Of a stretch of DNA of 64,000 nucleotides, positions 9,087 through 17,873 are shown piece by piece. Position 1 is the stretch's first letter, and each line of letters opens with the position of its first letter. The notes beneath the pieces are model-generated. The model saw nothing but the letters and a program-made list of their open reading frames with translations, did no database searches and was not told the DNA's origin. The stretch is taken from the IMG/VR virus record IMGVR_UViG_3300047319_001872, positions 124,001 to 188,000 of that record; one strand, given 5' to 3'. A program made the translations under genes and the position numbers.

Positions 9087-9464
9087 TTATGCGGGCGTAA
9101 CGTTCAAGCCACGACCTGTTTGCCAGAAGCGGACCAGGTAGATGTCCTTAAGTTGTTCCAGGAAATCCGCGAAGCAGCAGGCAAAGCACAGCGTGAAGAA
9201 GAGCGAAGTGAGCGACAGACCAGCCATCGCACACACCAAGGCGAGCGCCGCAGCGATCATGAAGTAGCTCGCATCAGGCAGCGGATCGTTGTCGATCTGT
9301 ACCGACAGGCCCTTCGCAGCCAGGCGCACTTTCTTGATCTCGATGTACGACGCGCAGAATTCCTGCGTTTGTACGGTCAGCAGTTTCTTGGCTTCTTCCA
9401 TGTTGATCGCGAAGAGCACGAGCAGCAACGCTGCGATCACAAACAAAGCGAACAGGATGATCAT
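9087..9464 (-). CDS. membrane protein
   Basis: N-terminal TM plus TM hairpin; AAGGAG RBS. Confidence 0.7.
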   Translation of the reverse strand: MIILFALFVIAALLLVLFAINMEEAKKLLTVQTQEFCASYIEIKKVRLAAKGLSVQIDNDPLPDASYFMIAAALALVCAMAGLSLTSLFFTLCFACCFADFLEQLKDIYLVRFWQTGRGLNVTPA

Positions 9465-9519
9465 GGTGATGCTCCTTAACAGGTGTTGGGGTAGAAGCTA
9501 TTTGCTTCAGTTCAAGTCG

Positions 9520-9545
9520 GTTATATAGGTTTGAAATCTTTTTCA
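9520..9545 (-). promoter_or_regulatory. putative phage early promoter (CCTATATAAC, AT-rich upstream)
   Basis: Motif recurs at 507, 10028, 16459, 22568, 30597, 40702, 44241 and 59847, each upstream of a minus-strand operon; resembles the phiKZ early TATTAC element. Confidence 0.55.
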
Positions 9546-9610
9546 ATCCACTTTTCAAGTGGGTTCAAAGAGAGTCCAAGCCAGGGAGCCGAAGCCCCCT
9601 GGTAACTAAC

Positions 9611-9964
9611 TTACATCCACTGGCACAGCGGATGCAGCTGCTTCGGACGGTAGTTGCGCGCCGGGTTCACGCGCATCAGCAACGTACGCGTCACACAGGC
9701 CACTGCGCCCAGGAAGGTGAATACCGCCGCAGCCTTCCAGCCGAAGTGGAACAGCATAGCGGCCACCGCCAGGTAAGCAATCGGCGTCCCGATGTCTTGC
9801 CACAACTCCAGCATGCGGCGTGTCGGTGCGACGAACATCACACGACGGCACCAGTCGGTAGCCGGATGATTGATCGGTCCGAGTGCTCCCACCAGCATCA
9901 CGACGGTGTGGAATGCAAAACTGTATGCCATCACTCCCGTCACGATCATTTCGAATGTGCTCAT
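9611..9964 (-). CDS. membrane protein
   Basis: Three hydrophobic segments; AGGAG RBS. Confidence 0.7.
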   Translation of the reverse strand: MSTFEMIVTGVMAYSFAFHTVVMLVGALGPINHPATDWCRRVMFVAPTRRMLELWQDIGTPIAYLAVAAMLFHFGWKAAAVFTFLGAVACVTRTLLMRVNPARNYRPKQLHPLCQWM

Positions 9965-10109
9965 TTGTAACTCCTAGTTTGATTTAGTAGAGGGTTTGAG
10001 TTCGATACTGGTTTGAACTCAGCCGGGGAATATATGTTTGAATTTTATTTGAATTTGCTCAAAAAAGAATCGACGTCATAAAGGCGAGCCCGAAGGCCCG
10101 CCTCTAGGT

Positions 10110-10466
10110 CTATAGGTGATGGTTTGAAGTGAGGCGACGAATCTCCTCACTCTGATGCTCAATCACTTCAGGAGGTACATCAGCCTCAGGCGGATAGACA
10201 ATGTAGTTGCCATCACTCGGCTCCTCCACGTCAACACGCTTGCCGCTCTTGCGATCACGACACTCGCCCTTCTGGCAGTGCACCAGTTGGCCACCCAGTT
10301 CCTCCACATCCGACAGTACCGTCTCCACACTGTCGTACTGGTGTGTTGCCGCGTACTTTAACTGGGCGTACCGGTGATACTTCGTCGCCAACAACGTTAT
10401 CGCCACCAATACGACTACGAGAGCGATAATGACTTTCTTGGACCTTTTGGTCTCTCTAACTGGCAT
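10110..10466 (-). CDS. signal-anchored protein
   Basis: Basic N-terminus, TM helix, CxxxxC. Confidence 0.65.
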   Translation of the reverse strand: MPVRETKRSKKVIIALVVVLVAITLLATKYHRYAQLKYAATHQYDSVETVLSDVEELGGQLVHCQKGECRDRKSGKRVDVEEPSDGNYIVYPPEADVPPEVIEHQSEEIRRLTSNHHL

Positions 10467-10487
10467 GATCTTCCTGAGGTAAGCCGG

Positions 10488-10832
10488 TTAATCTTTCAGA
10501 CTGTCGAGGTACGCACCATCAATACAACCTTCCGGGTCCAGTGTGATAAGAAAGGTTGAAAAGTGGTGTACCGTAAAACGCCGCTGAGTGGGAGGCGCGC
10601 TGACTTGTCGCACTCGAACGATGCGACGATTCTCTTTACCGGTGTAAACGAGCTCGAACGCGATGTCAAAGTGAAGTTCTCCGCGCGGAGAGAATTCCCG
10701 CGCTTTGGACTGACCGACCCACACATGGCTTAACACTTTGTGGAACGTTGCACTATTGACACAGTTACGACGCATGTACTCCAGCCCGCGACGCTCGTCA
10801 ATCTCCTCATTCACGTACATCATCAGGCTCAT
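10488..10832 (-). CDS. hypothetical protein
   Basis: ORF track; AGGAG RBS. Confidence 0.6.
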   Translation of the reverse strand: MSLMMYVNEEIDERRGLEYMRRNCVNSATFHKVLSHVWVGQSKAREFSPRGELHFDIAFELVYTGKENRRIVRVRQVSAPPTQRRFTVHHFSTFLITLDPEGCIDGAYLDSLKD

Positions 10833-10841
10833 CGCTCTCTC

Positions 10842-11207
10842 CTAAGCGTAGTGCGTCTCCCAGACTGGATTGCGCAGCCGAATGGTCTCGATGACTTCCT
10901 GCTTGTCATTGAGAATCTGCACTTTGATGACGTCTTCCATGTCCACCAGCATGCCTTCAGCCTGGTCGTCCCATTCCTTACCAAAGAGTCGGATCAGAAA
11001 GAGCGTGCTGGCATCGAAGTCAAAGACCTTCTTCGGAATCACGAGCTTCCCGATTTCCTCGACGACATTATGGGCATGCCAGAGTGTCGCAAATGGCACA
11101 GCATCCTCAACCTTCTCTACCAGCGTCCACAGGTAAGGCTGATTCAGATCCGCCAGTCCCAGAAAGACACGCGCTTGTTGCCACCGTTTAAAACGCAACA
11201 CATACAT
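10842..11207 (-). CDS. hypothetical protein
   Basis: AAGGAG RBS before ATG 11207. Confidence 0.6.
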   Translation of the reverse strand: MYVLRFKRWQQARVFLGLADLNQPYLWTLVEKVEDAVPFATLWHAHNVVEEIGKLVIPKKVFDFDASTLFLIRLFGKEWDDQAEGMLVDMEDVIKVQILNDKQEVIETIRLRNPVWETHYA

Positions 11208-11218
11208 CACGACTCTCC

Positions 11219-11722
11219 TTACGCCGCTACCGGCACTTTGAGCGTACGCAAGAACCGCTCCATGTCTTCCATCGGCTCCGCCATGTTGCCCCACTGCACC
11301 GGTGCGATGTCGCCATAGGTGGTCTTGAGAAACAACTCGACCGCCTTCTTGCTCATGTCGCTCTTGGCGCGCAAGAACCAGTACGCCGTGAGTAGCGACA
11401 TCTCCTTGATTTCGCCGTGTTTCAGGAACAGCACCCGACTCGGTTCGGGTGTGTGCACCGAGACGGTTTCGGCGAAGATGATTGGCGCGAAGAGCAAGCC
11501 CGTGACCTGGTAGCGGTTGTTCAAGAATTCCATCTTCTCCTGAATGGAGACGGCAAAACGACGCTCCATGTCAAAGAGGATAAAGCTCGGTCCCAACGGC
11601 GTACGCGAGAGGATCGGTGGCATGGCCGATTCCACGAAGAGGTCACCCCCGATGTGGCGCAACTGCAAGTCGGTGAGCAACCGATGCATGGTCGTGATGA
11701 TTTGTGCGTTTTGAATGTTCAT
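11219..11722 (-). CDS. hypothetical protein
   Basis: ORF track, operon packing. Confidence 0.6.
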   Translation of the reverse strand: MNIQNAQIITTMHRLLTDLQLRHIGGDLFVESAMPPILSRTPLGPSFILFDMERRFAVSIQEKMEFLNNRYQVTGLLFAPIIFAETVSVHTPEPSRVLFLKHGEIKEMSLLTAYWFLRAKSDMSKKAVELFLKTTYGDIAPVQWGNMAEPMEDMERFLRTLKVPVAA

Positions 11723-11724
11723 TG

Positions 11725-12186
11725 CTAGATGTCAAACAACTGATGGTGGAAGGTCTTGTAGTGCTGACCATGAAACTGAAGGTCCAGTATCTTACTCTCT
11801 TCGTAAAGCTGATTAATCTTCTCGAGGAACTGCTCGTCGGTATCCATCCAGCTCAACACCTTGAATACATCCACAAGCCACTGGGCGAGCTGCTGTGACC
11901 GGCGAATCCCCACCGGCAGGAGCTGCGCATGCCAGCACTGCGTATCACCCGGCACGACGCGATTGGCGGTGATTGTCAACGTGAATGGCGCGTTCGGTCC
12001 TTCCTGGCCCAGCAGCACCATCCCGCCAGTCTCCGGCGAGATGAGGGTCAGGACCTTCTCGCGATCGTAGCGCGAATGCATGTAGTCCAGCGAATACTTC
12101 ATATCCTGATCCTGCTCGCCCGCAGCGATCATGTTACGAACCAAGATATTACCGAATTGAATCAGACTGGACTGGCGGATCTGCAT
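11725..12186 (-). CDS. hypothetical protein
   Basis: ORF track; AGGAG RBS. Confidence 0.6.
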   Translation of the reverse strand: MQIRQSSLIQFGNILVRNMIAAGEQDQDMKYSLDYMHSRYDREKVLTLISPETGGMVLLGQEGPNAPFTLTITANRVVPGDTQCWHAQLLPVGIRRSQQLAQWLVDVFKVLSWMDTDEQFLEKINQLYEESKILDLQFHGQHYKTFHHQLFDI

Positions 12187-12293
12187 GCTGTACTCTCCTG
12201 GTTAAAGTGGGTCATGCCCCTTATTTCAATTGATGGGTCTGTGGCGTCAAAAACACTTAGTCAGCATAAAGACGGGACCGAAGTCCCGTCAGG

Positions 12294-12896
12294 CTAGGCC
12301 GTTTCGCTCTGTTGTGCGGTCCGATAAATTTCCATCCCCCGAATAAGCCCCGCTGCAGTGAGGTCCAGGTTCAGGCGCGCGCAGGCGCGATGCTCACGGG
12401 TCACCCGCTGACCTGCCGGAAAGTCAAAGAGCACCACAAAGACGCGATCGAAGATGTCGCGCCCTACCCGCCAGGCGGCGTTGCGCGCTCGCAGATTCGC
12501 CATGCCTTCAAACTGTACCTCCCCCATCTCGTCCATCTTACGGGCGAGCTTCAGTTGCGTCGCCTCGTTCTTACAGAAAGGCCCTAAGAGATTCAAAATC
12601 TCCTGGTACGAAAGGGTTTCGCCTTGCACTGAGCGCAGGTCGTACACGCCGCCTGTTTTGCTGGCTTTGATCCGAGTCGGGCAAAAGCCTTCCTTCAGAT
12701 AACTGCACAGCTCGCGGTAGAGCTTTACGCCGTAGTATTCACGAGTGATCTGGTCGCGATACTGGCGATGGGTGTATTGATCCTTGCCGATTTCCTTGGC
12801 ACGCAGCTTAGCAGCGCGCACAATCCAGGATTTAATCTTCTCGGCTTCTTCTTGCGTTACTGCAATCATGCTACCTGCTCCGAAATTTTTTGCCAT
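12294..12896 (-). CDS. hypothetical protein
   Basis: ORF track, flanked by terminators. Confidence 0.65.
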   Translation of the reverse strand: MAKNFGAGSMIAVTQEEAEKIKSWIVRAAKLRAKEIGKDQYTHRQYRDQITREYYGVKLYRELCSYLKEGFCPTRIKASKTGGVYDLRSVQGETLSYQEILNLLGPFCKNEATQLKLARKMDEMGEVQFEGMANLRARNAAWRVGRDIFDRVFVVLFDFPAGQRVTREHRACARLNLDLTAAGLIRGMEIYRTAQQSETA

Positions 12897-12959
12897 CTCA
12901 TAAGTGCTGAGGGTAAAAAATTGACGGGCATAAGAGAGGACCCGAAGGCCCTCTCTCAG

Positions 12960-13385
12960 TTACTCGTAGGGTACCGACGGCGCGGGATTCACAATCCCCA
13001 CACTGCCAAAGGTCCAGCGGGAAAACAGATGCACGCCAAAATCCGTAATCATGCCGGTCGTCGGATCGAGCTTGTACGACATCCGTGCATAGCGCGGTTG
13101 CTTAAGCGCAGTAGCGTCCAGCGCGACCGCCGAGGCGATCACTGCGAGATCCAGCGACGGATCGCTCGTGTAGTACATGACGAACTGCTCGGGTGTCAAG
13201 ACCTGGTTGTGCTCAGCAAACTTACGCTGGGCAAACGAGATGAACCGGTAATAACTGTCCCGCGCCTGCCAGCCCGCCAGCGTGGTCTGATCCGAGTACA
13301 TAATCAGATCGTTCCAGAAGGTTGCTGCATCCGTTGCCACTAAGGAGCCGTCACGCGGCACCTTACTCCAAAAACCTGCTGCCAT
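12960..13385 (-). CDS. hypothetical protein
   Basis: ORF track; AAGGAG RBS. Confidence 0.65.
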   Translation of the reverse strand: MAAGFWSKVPRDGSLVATDAATFWNDLIMYSDQTTLAGWQARDSYYRFISFAQRKFAEHNQVLTPEQFVMYYTSDPSLDLAVIASAVALDATALKQPRYARMSYKLDPTTGMITDFGVHLFSRWTFGSVGIVNPAPSVPYE

Positions 13386-13427
13386 GTTCGGGCTCCTTTT
13401 TTCCTCACACAGGATGAGGCGAGGCTC

Positions 13428-13946
13428 TTAGGGCTGGATGTCGCCGTCTTCAGGGACTTCAGGCAGCGGGGTGGTGGCGTAGGACTTCACCCGCTCCGGA
13501 TCAAGCGTATTCGGCTCTGGCAACACCAGTTCCGGGACTTTCAGGCCGTAGGCCGGATACAACAGCTCGATGCCTTGACGATCGGTCTTGATGTGGCCGG
13601 TCTGCTCGAGGAAGCGTTTGACTAGCTCGAACGAGACGTTCGCAATGCGCTTCATGTCCACGGTCCATTCCTGCGACCACTTGGCTTCCCCCTTGAGCAT
13701 CATGACCACCATCAGCACGATGCCTGTGGGGACACCCTGCTTAGCGACAGCAAACGCATGCAACTCACGACCTTCCTCCGGCAGCTTGCACGAGAGTGTT
13801 TCGATCGGCTTGCCATCCCACTGCAGTGCACCGTGCGTGAAATAGAGGCCGCAGTCGGGCAGCTCGCGCCGCTCAATGTCCAGCAAAAGCCGCATGAAGA
13901 ATTGCTTCTCCAGCGGCGTTTCCATGCCACAGTTTCTGATACGCAC
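13428..13946 (-). CDS. hypothetical protein
   Basis: ORF track. Confidence 0.6.
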   Translation of the reverse strand: MRIRNCGMETPLEKQFFMRLLLDIERRELPDCGLYFTHGALQWDGKPIETLSCKLPEEGRELHAFAVAKQGVPTGIVLMVVMMLKGEAKWSQEWTVDMKRIANVSFELVKRFLEQTGHIKTDRQGIELLYPAYGLKVPELVLPEPNTLDPERVKSYATTPLPEVPEDGDIQP

Positions 13947-13961
13947 TACTTCTCTCCTAGG

Positions 13962-14558
13962 TTATTGCGACGCCGGACGCAGGTTCACTGCATGCGACTT
14001 GCCAGTAGCGAATTGCTTCGAGACGTCTCCGTCCACCAGCGGCTTGTACTTGTCCAGGTCCAGATGCGGGTAGCCCACGATGTGCAGCGCCGCCCCACCA
14101 GGAAATGAGCCGAGCGCCGTCTTGTAGGAGCGGGTGGCATCAATCAACGCGGTCTGGTTGTTCTGGAATTCATCCCGTCCGGCCTGAATGATTTCCTGGA
14201 GCTTACGATAGACAGTCGAATCGATCTGCGGGTTCTGCTCGTGAATCGCCTGGAACACCGCTTTCGCGCCGTCCGTCCCATAGCGGTTTTGCAACGCCGC
14301 CGTGATCACTTCCTTGATGTCGGACTTCTGCATGTCGGTCACCTGAGCGGCTTCCTGCACCTTCTGCGTGTAGTTCGACAGGATGTTTTGGTTGTTCTGG
14401 TAGACCGCGTCGATGTGTTGCTCGAAGCGATTGCCCGAGTTGTACGCCCCGACCAGGGCGCCACCGACCACCATGACCGCCAAAATGATGAGCCCGAGCA
14501 CAGTCAGCAGAGCAAAGACGAGTGTCTTGTTGGTGCCGTTGGTTTGTGTGGTTGCCAT
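13962..14558 (-). CDS. LemA-like membrane-anchored helical protein
   Basis: N-terminal TM, then YNSGNRFE..IDAVYQN and helical bundle ...GRDEFQNNQTALID..RSYKTALGSFP. Confidence 0.55.
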   Translation of the reverse strand: MATTQTNGTNKTLVFALLTVLGLIILAVMVVGGALVGAYNSGNRFEQHIDAVYQNNQNILSNYTQKVQEAAQVTDMQKSDIKEVITAALQNRYGTDGAKAVFQAIHEQNPQIDSTVYRKLQEIIQAGRDEFQNNQTALIDATRSYKTALGSFPGGAALHIVGYPHLDLDKYKPLVDGDVSKQFATGKSHAVNLRPASQ

Positions 14559-14575
14559 GTTCTTTTACTTCCTTT

Positions 14576-15658
14576 TTAGTAGCGATAGCGCCGACGGCGC
14601 GGTTTATGAAGAAAGAGGATGATGCCCGCGGCAGTAGCGGCCAGTGAGAGCAACGCAATGATGACACAAGCCGACATCGAGGGGGTCGACTCCCAGGCGA
14701 GGTAGTTGAAGTCCTTCATGTGCTTGCGGTGGAAGTCGCGGTTGACCCAGCCGCCGATTAACGTCGTCGTATCGACAGGGTCAAGCGTGCCCTGGTCTTG
14801 GAGCGCGTCAGCCAACTGAATCTTGAAGGCTTCGTTATCCGTCCAACTAAAGACACGGGCCCAATCGATTTTCGGATAGTGACTCGTCCCGATGACCGCG
14901 ACCACGTCGTTTTTCTTGCCGCCCAGCCAAGCCGCTCGAAGAGCATTGGCAAAATTAGGATCTTGAACAGTCGTAAGCACAATGATGACATTGACTTGTT
15001 TCCTCGGCCCGAGGGGACGCAGCATCAGTGATAACTGCTGGTTCCAGGCATTGTGTTTGAGCTCATCCATGGGTACATTGCCGACCAACAAGACCCGATT
15101 GATCTTGTAGTAGTCGTAGATGTTATCCGGATAGGACGGAATCACTGACTGGTAGCGAGCAATCAGGGTCTTCTGTTCTCGCGTATTAAAGAGCGAATCC
15201 TTCGCCCCCATTACGTAGTTCACGAAGTAGTGATCCTGCGAGACAGGATCGCCCGAGTGCGCCTCAGTAAAACGCGGCGGCTCATCGATACCTTGCTGAT
15301 CCACGCGCCGGATCTTGATGTCCTTACCGGCGGTGTTCTCGAGCTTCCAGTCCACATCGTAAGTGTGCTCGTAACAAGTCTGGCAGCTTTGTCGCCCGTC
15401 CTTATCTGTCGTACAGTTACAGGAATAGCTGTGCTGGCACGACACTTCTTCGCGCACCTTCTTGGTGATCTCCCCGTTCCAGATCTCGGTGTCGACCCGA
15501 TTGTGAAAGAGCACGCTACCGTAACCGATCACCACCACCAGCGGACCCAGTACGGCCAGTGCAATCAAGGCATTGCGTTCAAACTTCTTGCGATGCCAGA
15601 AAAGTGCACCGGCGGTGAACCCACCACTGAGGGCGAGCAGATAGAGAAGAGATTCCAT
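14576..15658 (-). CDS. three-TM protein with large periplasmic domain (partner of LemA-like gene)
   Basis: Two N-terminal TMs, DTEIWNG, CQHSYSCNC, GGKKNDVV, C-terminal TM followed by RRRRYRY. Confidence 0.7.
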   Translation of the reverse strand: MESLLYLLALSGGFTAGALFWHRKKFERNALIALAVLGPLVVVIGYGSVLFHNRVDTEIWNGEITKKVREEVSCQHSYSCNCTTDKDGRQSCQTCYEHTYDVDWKLENTAGKDIKIRRVDQQGIDEPPRFTEAHSGDPVSQDHYFVNYVMGAKDSLFNTREQKTLIARYQSVIPSYPDNIYDYYKINRVLLVGNVPMDELKHNAWNQQLSLMLRPLGPRKQVNVIIVLTTVQDPNFANALRAAWLGGKKNDVVAVIGTSHYPKIDWARVFSWTDNEAFKIQLADALQDQGTLDPVDTTTLIGGWVNRDFHRKHMKDFNYLAWESTPSMSACVIIALLSLAATAAGIILFLHKPRRRRYRY

Positions 15659-15669
15659 TTTCTTTCTTA

Positions 15670-15960
15670 TTAAATCCCAAGTTTCATAATGACGACCATC
15701 AGGATCGCCGCTAATACGACATACGCAATAACCAACCCTACCATGACGCGGCGCCACCAACGCGCTTTTTGCTTAAGCTCAGGCGTGTCTTCAAAGAGCG
15801 GGACTTGTTGCCAACTCAGATAGAGTGCCGCCAGGAACGGCAAGAACATCACCAGTACAATGCCCTGCCAAATGACCGGCCCCGCATGACTCGTTTCCGT
15901 CGAGCCCATGTTGGCTACGGCGACAGCAGCCACCATCCCCGTGGCGATTGCGATACTCAT
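15670..15960 (-). CDS. membrane protein
   Basis: Two to three TM segments. Confidence 0.65.
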   Translation of the reverse strand: MSIAIATGMVAAVAVANMGSTETSHAGPVIWQGIVLVMFLPFLAALYLSWQQVPLFEDTPELKQKARWWRRVMVGLVIAYVVLAAILMVVIMKLGI

Positions 15961-16023
15961 GATTGTCCTTTCTTGAACTATTAATCAACACACACCGTAA
16001 GATAACGGCACTGTGTAAATTTC

Positions 16024-16431
16024 CTAGACAAGTTTGGGCTGTTCGTCATCAGTAAGGTTGGCAGCTTTGGAGAGCACAAGGTTATCCACGACGCCTTGGG
16101 CGTTGATGATAAAAAGCGCATCCACTTCAACCGTAGGATGGTGAGGCTCTTGCCCGACGATACTGAGCTTGAGCTGATACGCCAGCATCTCAGCGTCTTC
16201 GCCATGAAAGTCAAACACTGCCTTGACCTTCTGGAGCTCGAGCGTGCATTCGACGGCGTCGGTGTTATAGCTCTTGCCGTAGAGCGAGAGCTCTTGGGTG
16301 ACCCACTCCCGCGCGAGCCGGAACATGTGGGGTTTGCGTGCGGGGTCCATCTGAGGGTCGAGAAACGCAAAGATCGCGTCGAGCTGACTCCCGTTTGCAG
16401 CATCGCTTAACATAATCTGGTTGTTGGACAT
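16024..16431 (-). CDS. hypothetical protein
   Basis: AGGAG RBS before ATG 16431; promoter motif at 16459. Confidence 0.65.
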   Translation of the reverse strand: MSNNQIMLSDAANGSQLDAIFAFLDPQMDPARKPHMFRLAREWVTQELSLYGKSYNTDAVECTLELQKVKAVFDFHGEDAEMLAYQLKLSIVGQEPHHPTVEVDALFIINAQGVVDNLVLSKAANLTDDEQPKLV

Positions 16432-16553
16432 ACGGTTCTCCTGATTGATGACATAGCAGTAATATAGGTGCGTAATCTTTTTCGGTAAGTAAAAAAATAT
16501 TGGATCGTATGAAGTGTATTTTTTCGCTTCGATCACTACCGACAGGGGTTAGC

Positions 16554-17345
16554 ATGAGTAACAGTAAGTACAACCGTAAACTGAAGACGCCCGATGCGCG
16601 CGACTTCGTTTACCAAGGCCACAAGACCTTCGGTGCGGCACTGATTCCGCCCAAAGCGGATTTGACGCCTTACCTCGGCCCGGTCTTCGATCAAGATCAA
16701 CTCGGTAGCTGCACGGCCAACGCCTGCGCAGGCGCGCTTGAATACGAACAAAACATCCAGAACAACAACGACAACGCGGTGCAACTCTCGCGGCTGTTCC
16801 TGTACTGGAACGAGCGCAATCTCGAAGGCACGGTGGATCAGGATTCGGGCGGTCAGATTCGGGACGTGGTGAAGGCCGCCGCGCAATACGGTGCGCCGCT
16901 CGAAACCACCTGGCCGTACAACGAACAAGCGTTTCGTCAGAAGCCCTCGCTCGAAGCGTACAACGAAGGCCTGCAACATCGGGCGCTGCAGTACGAAGCA
17001 GTACCGCAAGACCTGACGGCATTCAAGCACGTGCTGGCAGTGCTCAATCGACCGATTCTGATCGGCATCATCGTGTACGATTCGTTCGAAGCACCGCAGA
17101 CGATCGCCTCGGGTGTGGTACCGATGCCGGGTCCGACTGAAACCTGCCAAGGCGGTCACGCCGTGCTTGCGGTAGGTTACGACGACAGCAAGCAAGCGAT
17201 TCTGGTCCGCAACTCGTGGAACACGATCTACCCGCCTGCCTGGCCGGGTTCGAACGAGCGCGGTTCATTCTGGCTGCCGTACGAGTACCTCATGAATCCG
17301 CAGCTCGCTGAAGACTTCTGGGTGATCACTCAGGTCGCTGGTTAA
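16554..17345 (+). CDS. papain-family (C1A) cysteine peptidase
   Basis: QDQLGSCTANA (catalytic Cys), GGHAVLAVGYDD (His), VRNSW (Asn). Confidence 0.9.
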   Translation: MSNSKYNRKLKTPDARDFVYQGHKTFGAALIPPKADLTPYLGPVFDQDQLGSCTANACAGALEYEQNIQNNNDNAVQLSRLFLYWNERNLEGTVDQDSGGQIRDVVKAAAQYGAPLETTWPYNEQAFRQKPSLEAYNEGLQHRALQYEAVPQDLTAFKHVLAVLNRPILIGIIVYDSFEAPQTIASGVVPMPGPTETCQGGHAVLAVGYDDSKQAILVRNSWNTIYPPAWPGSNERGSFWLPYEYLMNPQLAEDFWVITQVAG

Positions 17346-17362
17346 AGAAAAAAGAAAGAGTA

Positions 17363-17401
17363 GCATAGACGCCCTCCCCGTAACGGGGAGGGCTTATGCC
17401 G
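17363..17401. terminator. bidirectional rho-independent terminator
   Basis: GCATAGAC-GCCCTCCCCG-TAA-CGGGGAGGGC-TTATGCC between convergent genes. Confidence 0.8.
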
Positions 17402-17402
17402 C

Positions 17403-17606
17403 TTAGACCTTCAGGTCAACGTTGATCATCGGCACCGAGTAGTCACGACCTTCGCAGTTGATTTGGAGCAAACCGCTATTGCACTGCTTAACAAGCGTAG
17501 CGTCCTTGCCAATGATGCGTCGGATGTCGCCGTCGATGCCGATGTCACGGAGCGGATTGACAGTCACTGCCTTACCGATACTGTCTGCAATTTGTTGCTT
17601 TTTCAT
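17403..17606 (-). CDS. small hypothetical protein (SH3-like)
   Basis: GAGGAG RBS before ATG 17606. Confidence 0.6.
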   Translation of the reverse strand: MKKQQIADSIGKAVTVNPLRDIGIDGDIRRIIGKDATLVKQCNSGLLQINCEGRDYSVPMINVDLKV

Positions 17607-17629
17607 TTGCTTTGCTCCTCGGAAAAGAC

Positions 17630-17860
17630 TTAGTTGCCTTCGGCTACTTCCTTGACTTGGTGCCACGTCCAGACGCGATACTCGGTCGCGTAGTCAGTGG
17701 TGGGGCTGAAGGGGTCCCGCAGGCCGTTGCGATCGAAGGACTCGCGCGTTGCCACTGGGTGCTCGCCACCTTGATCGAGGTTGTACTTCTGGCTGAGCTC
17801 GTTGCGACTGAGCTTCACATCCTCTTTACAAAGGTCGATTTCTTGCTGGGTGAGACACAT
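17630..17860 (-). CDS. small hypothetical protein
   Basis: AAGGAAG RBS before ATG 17860, 13 nt after the tasA-like stop. Confidence 0.6.
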   Translation of the reverse strand: MCLTQQEIDLCKEDVKLSRNELSQKYNLDQGGEHPVATRESFDRNGLRDPFSPTTDYATEYRVWTWHQVKEVAEGN

Positions 17861-17873
17861 GACTTCTTCCTTC

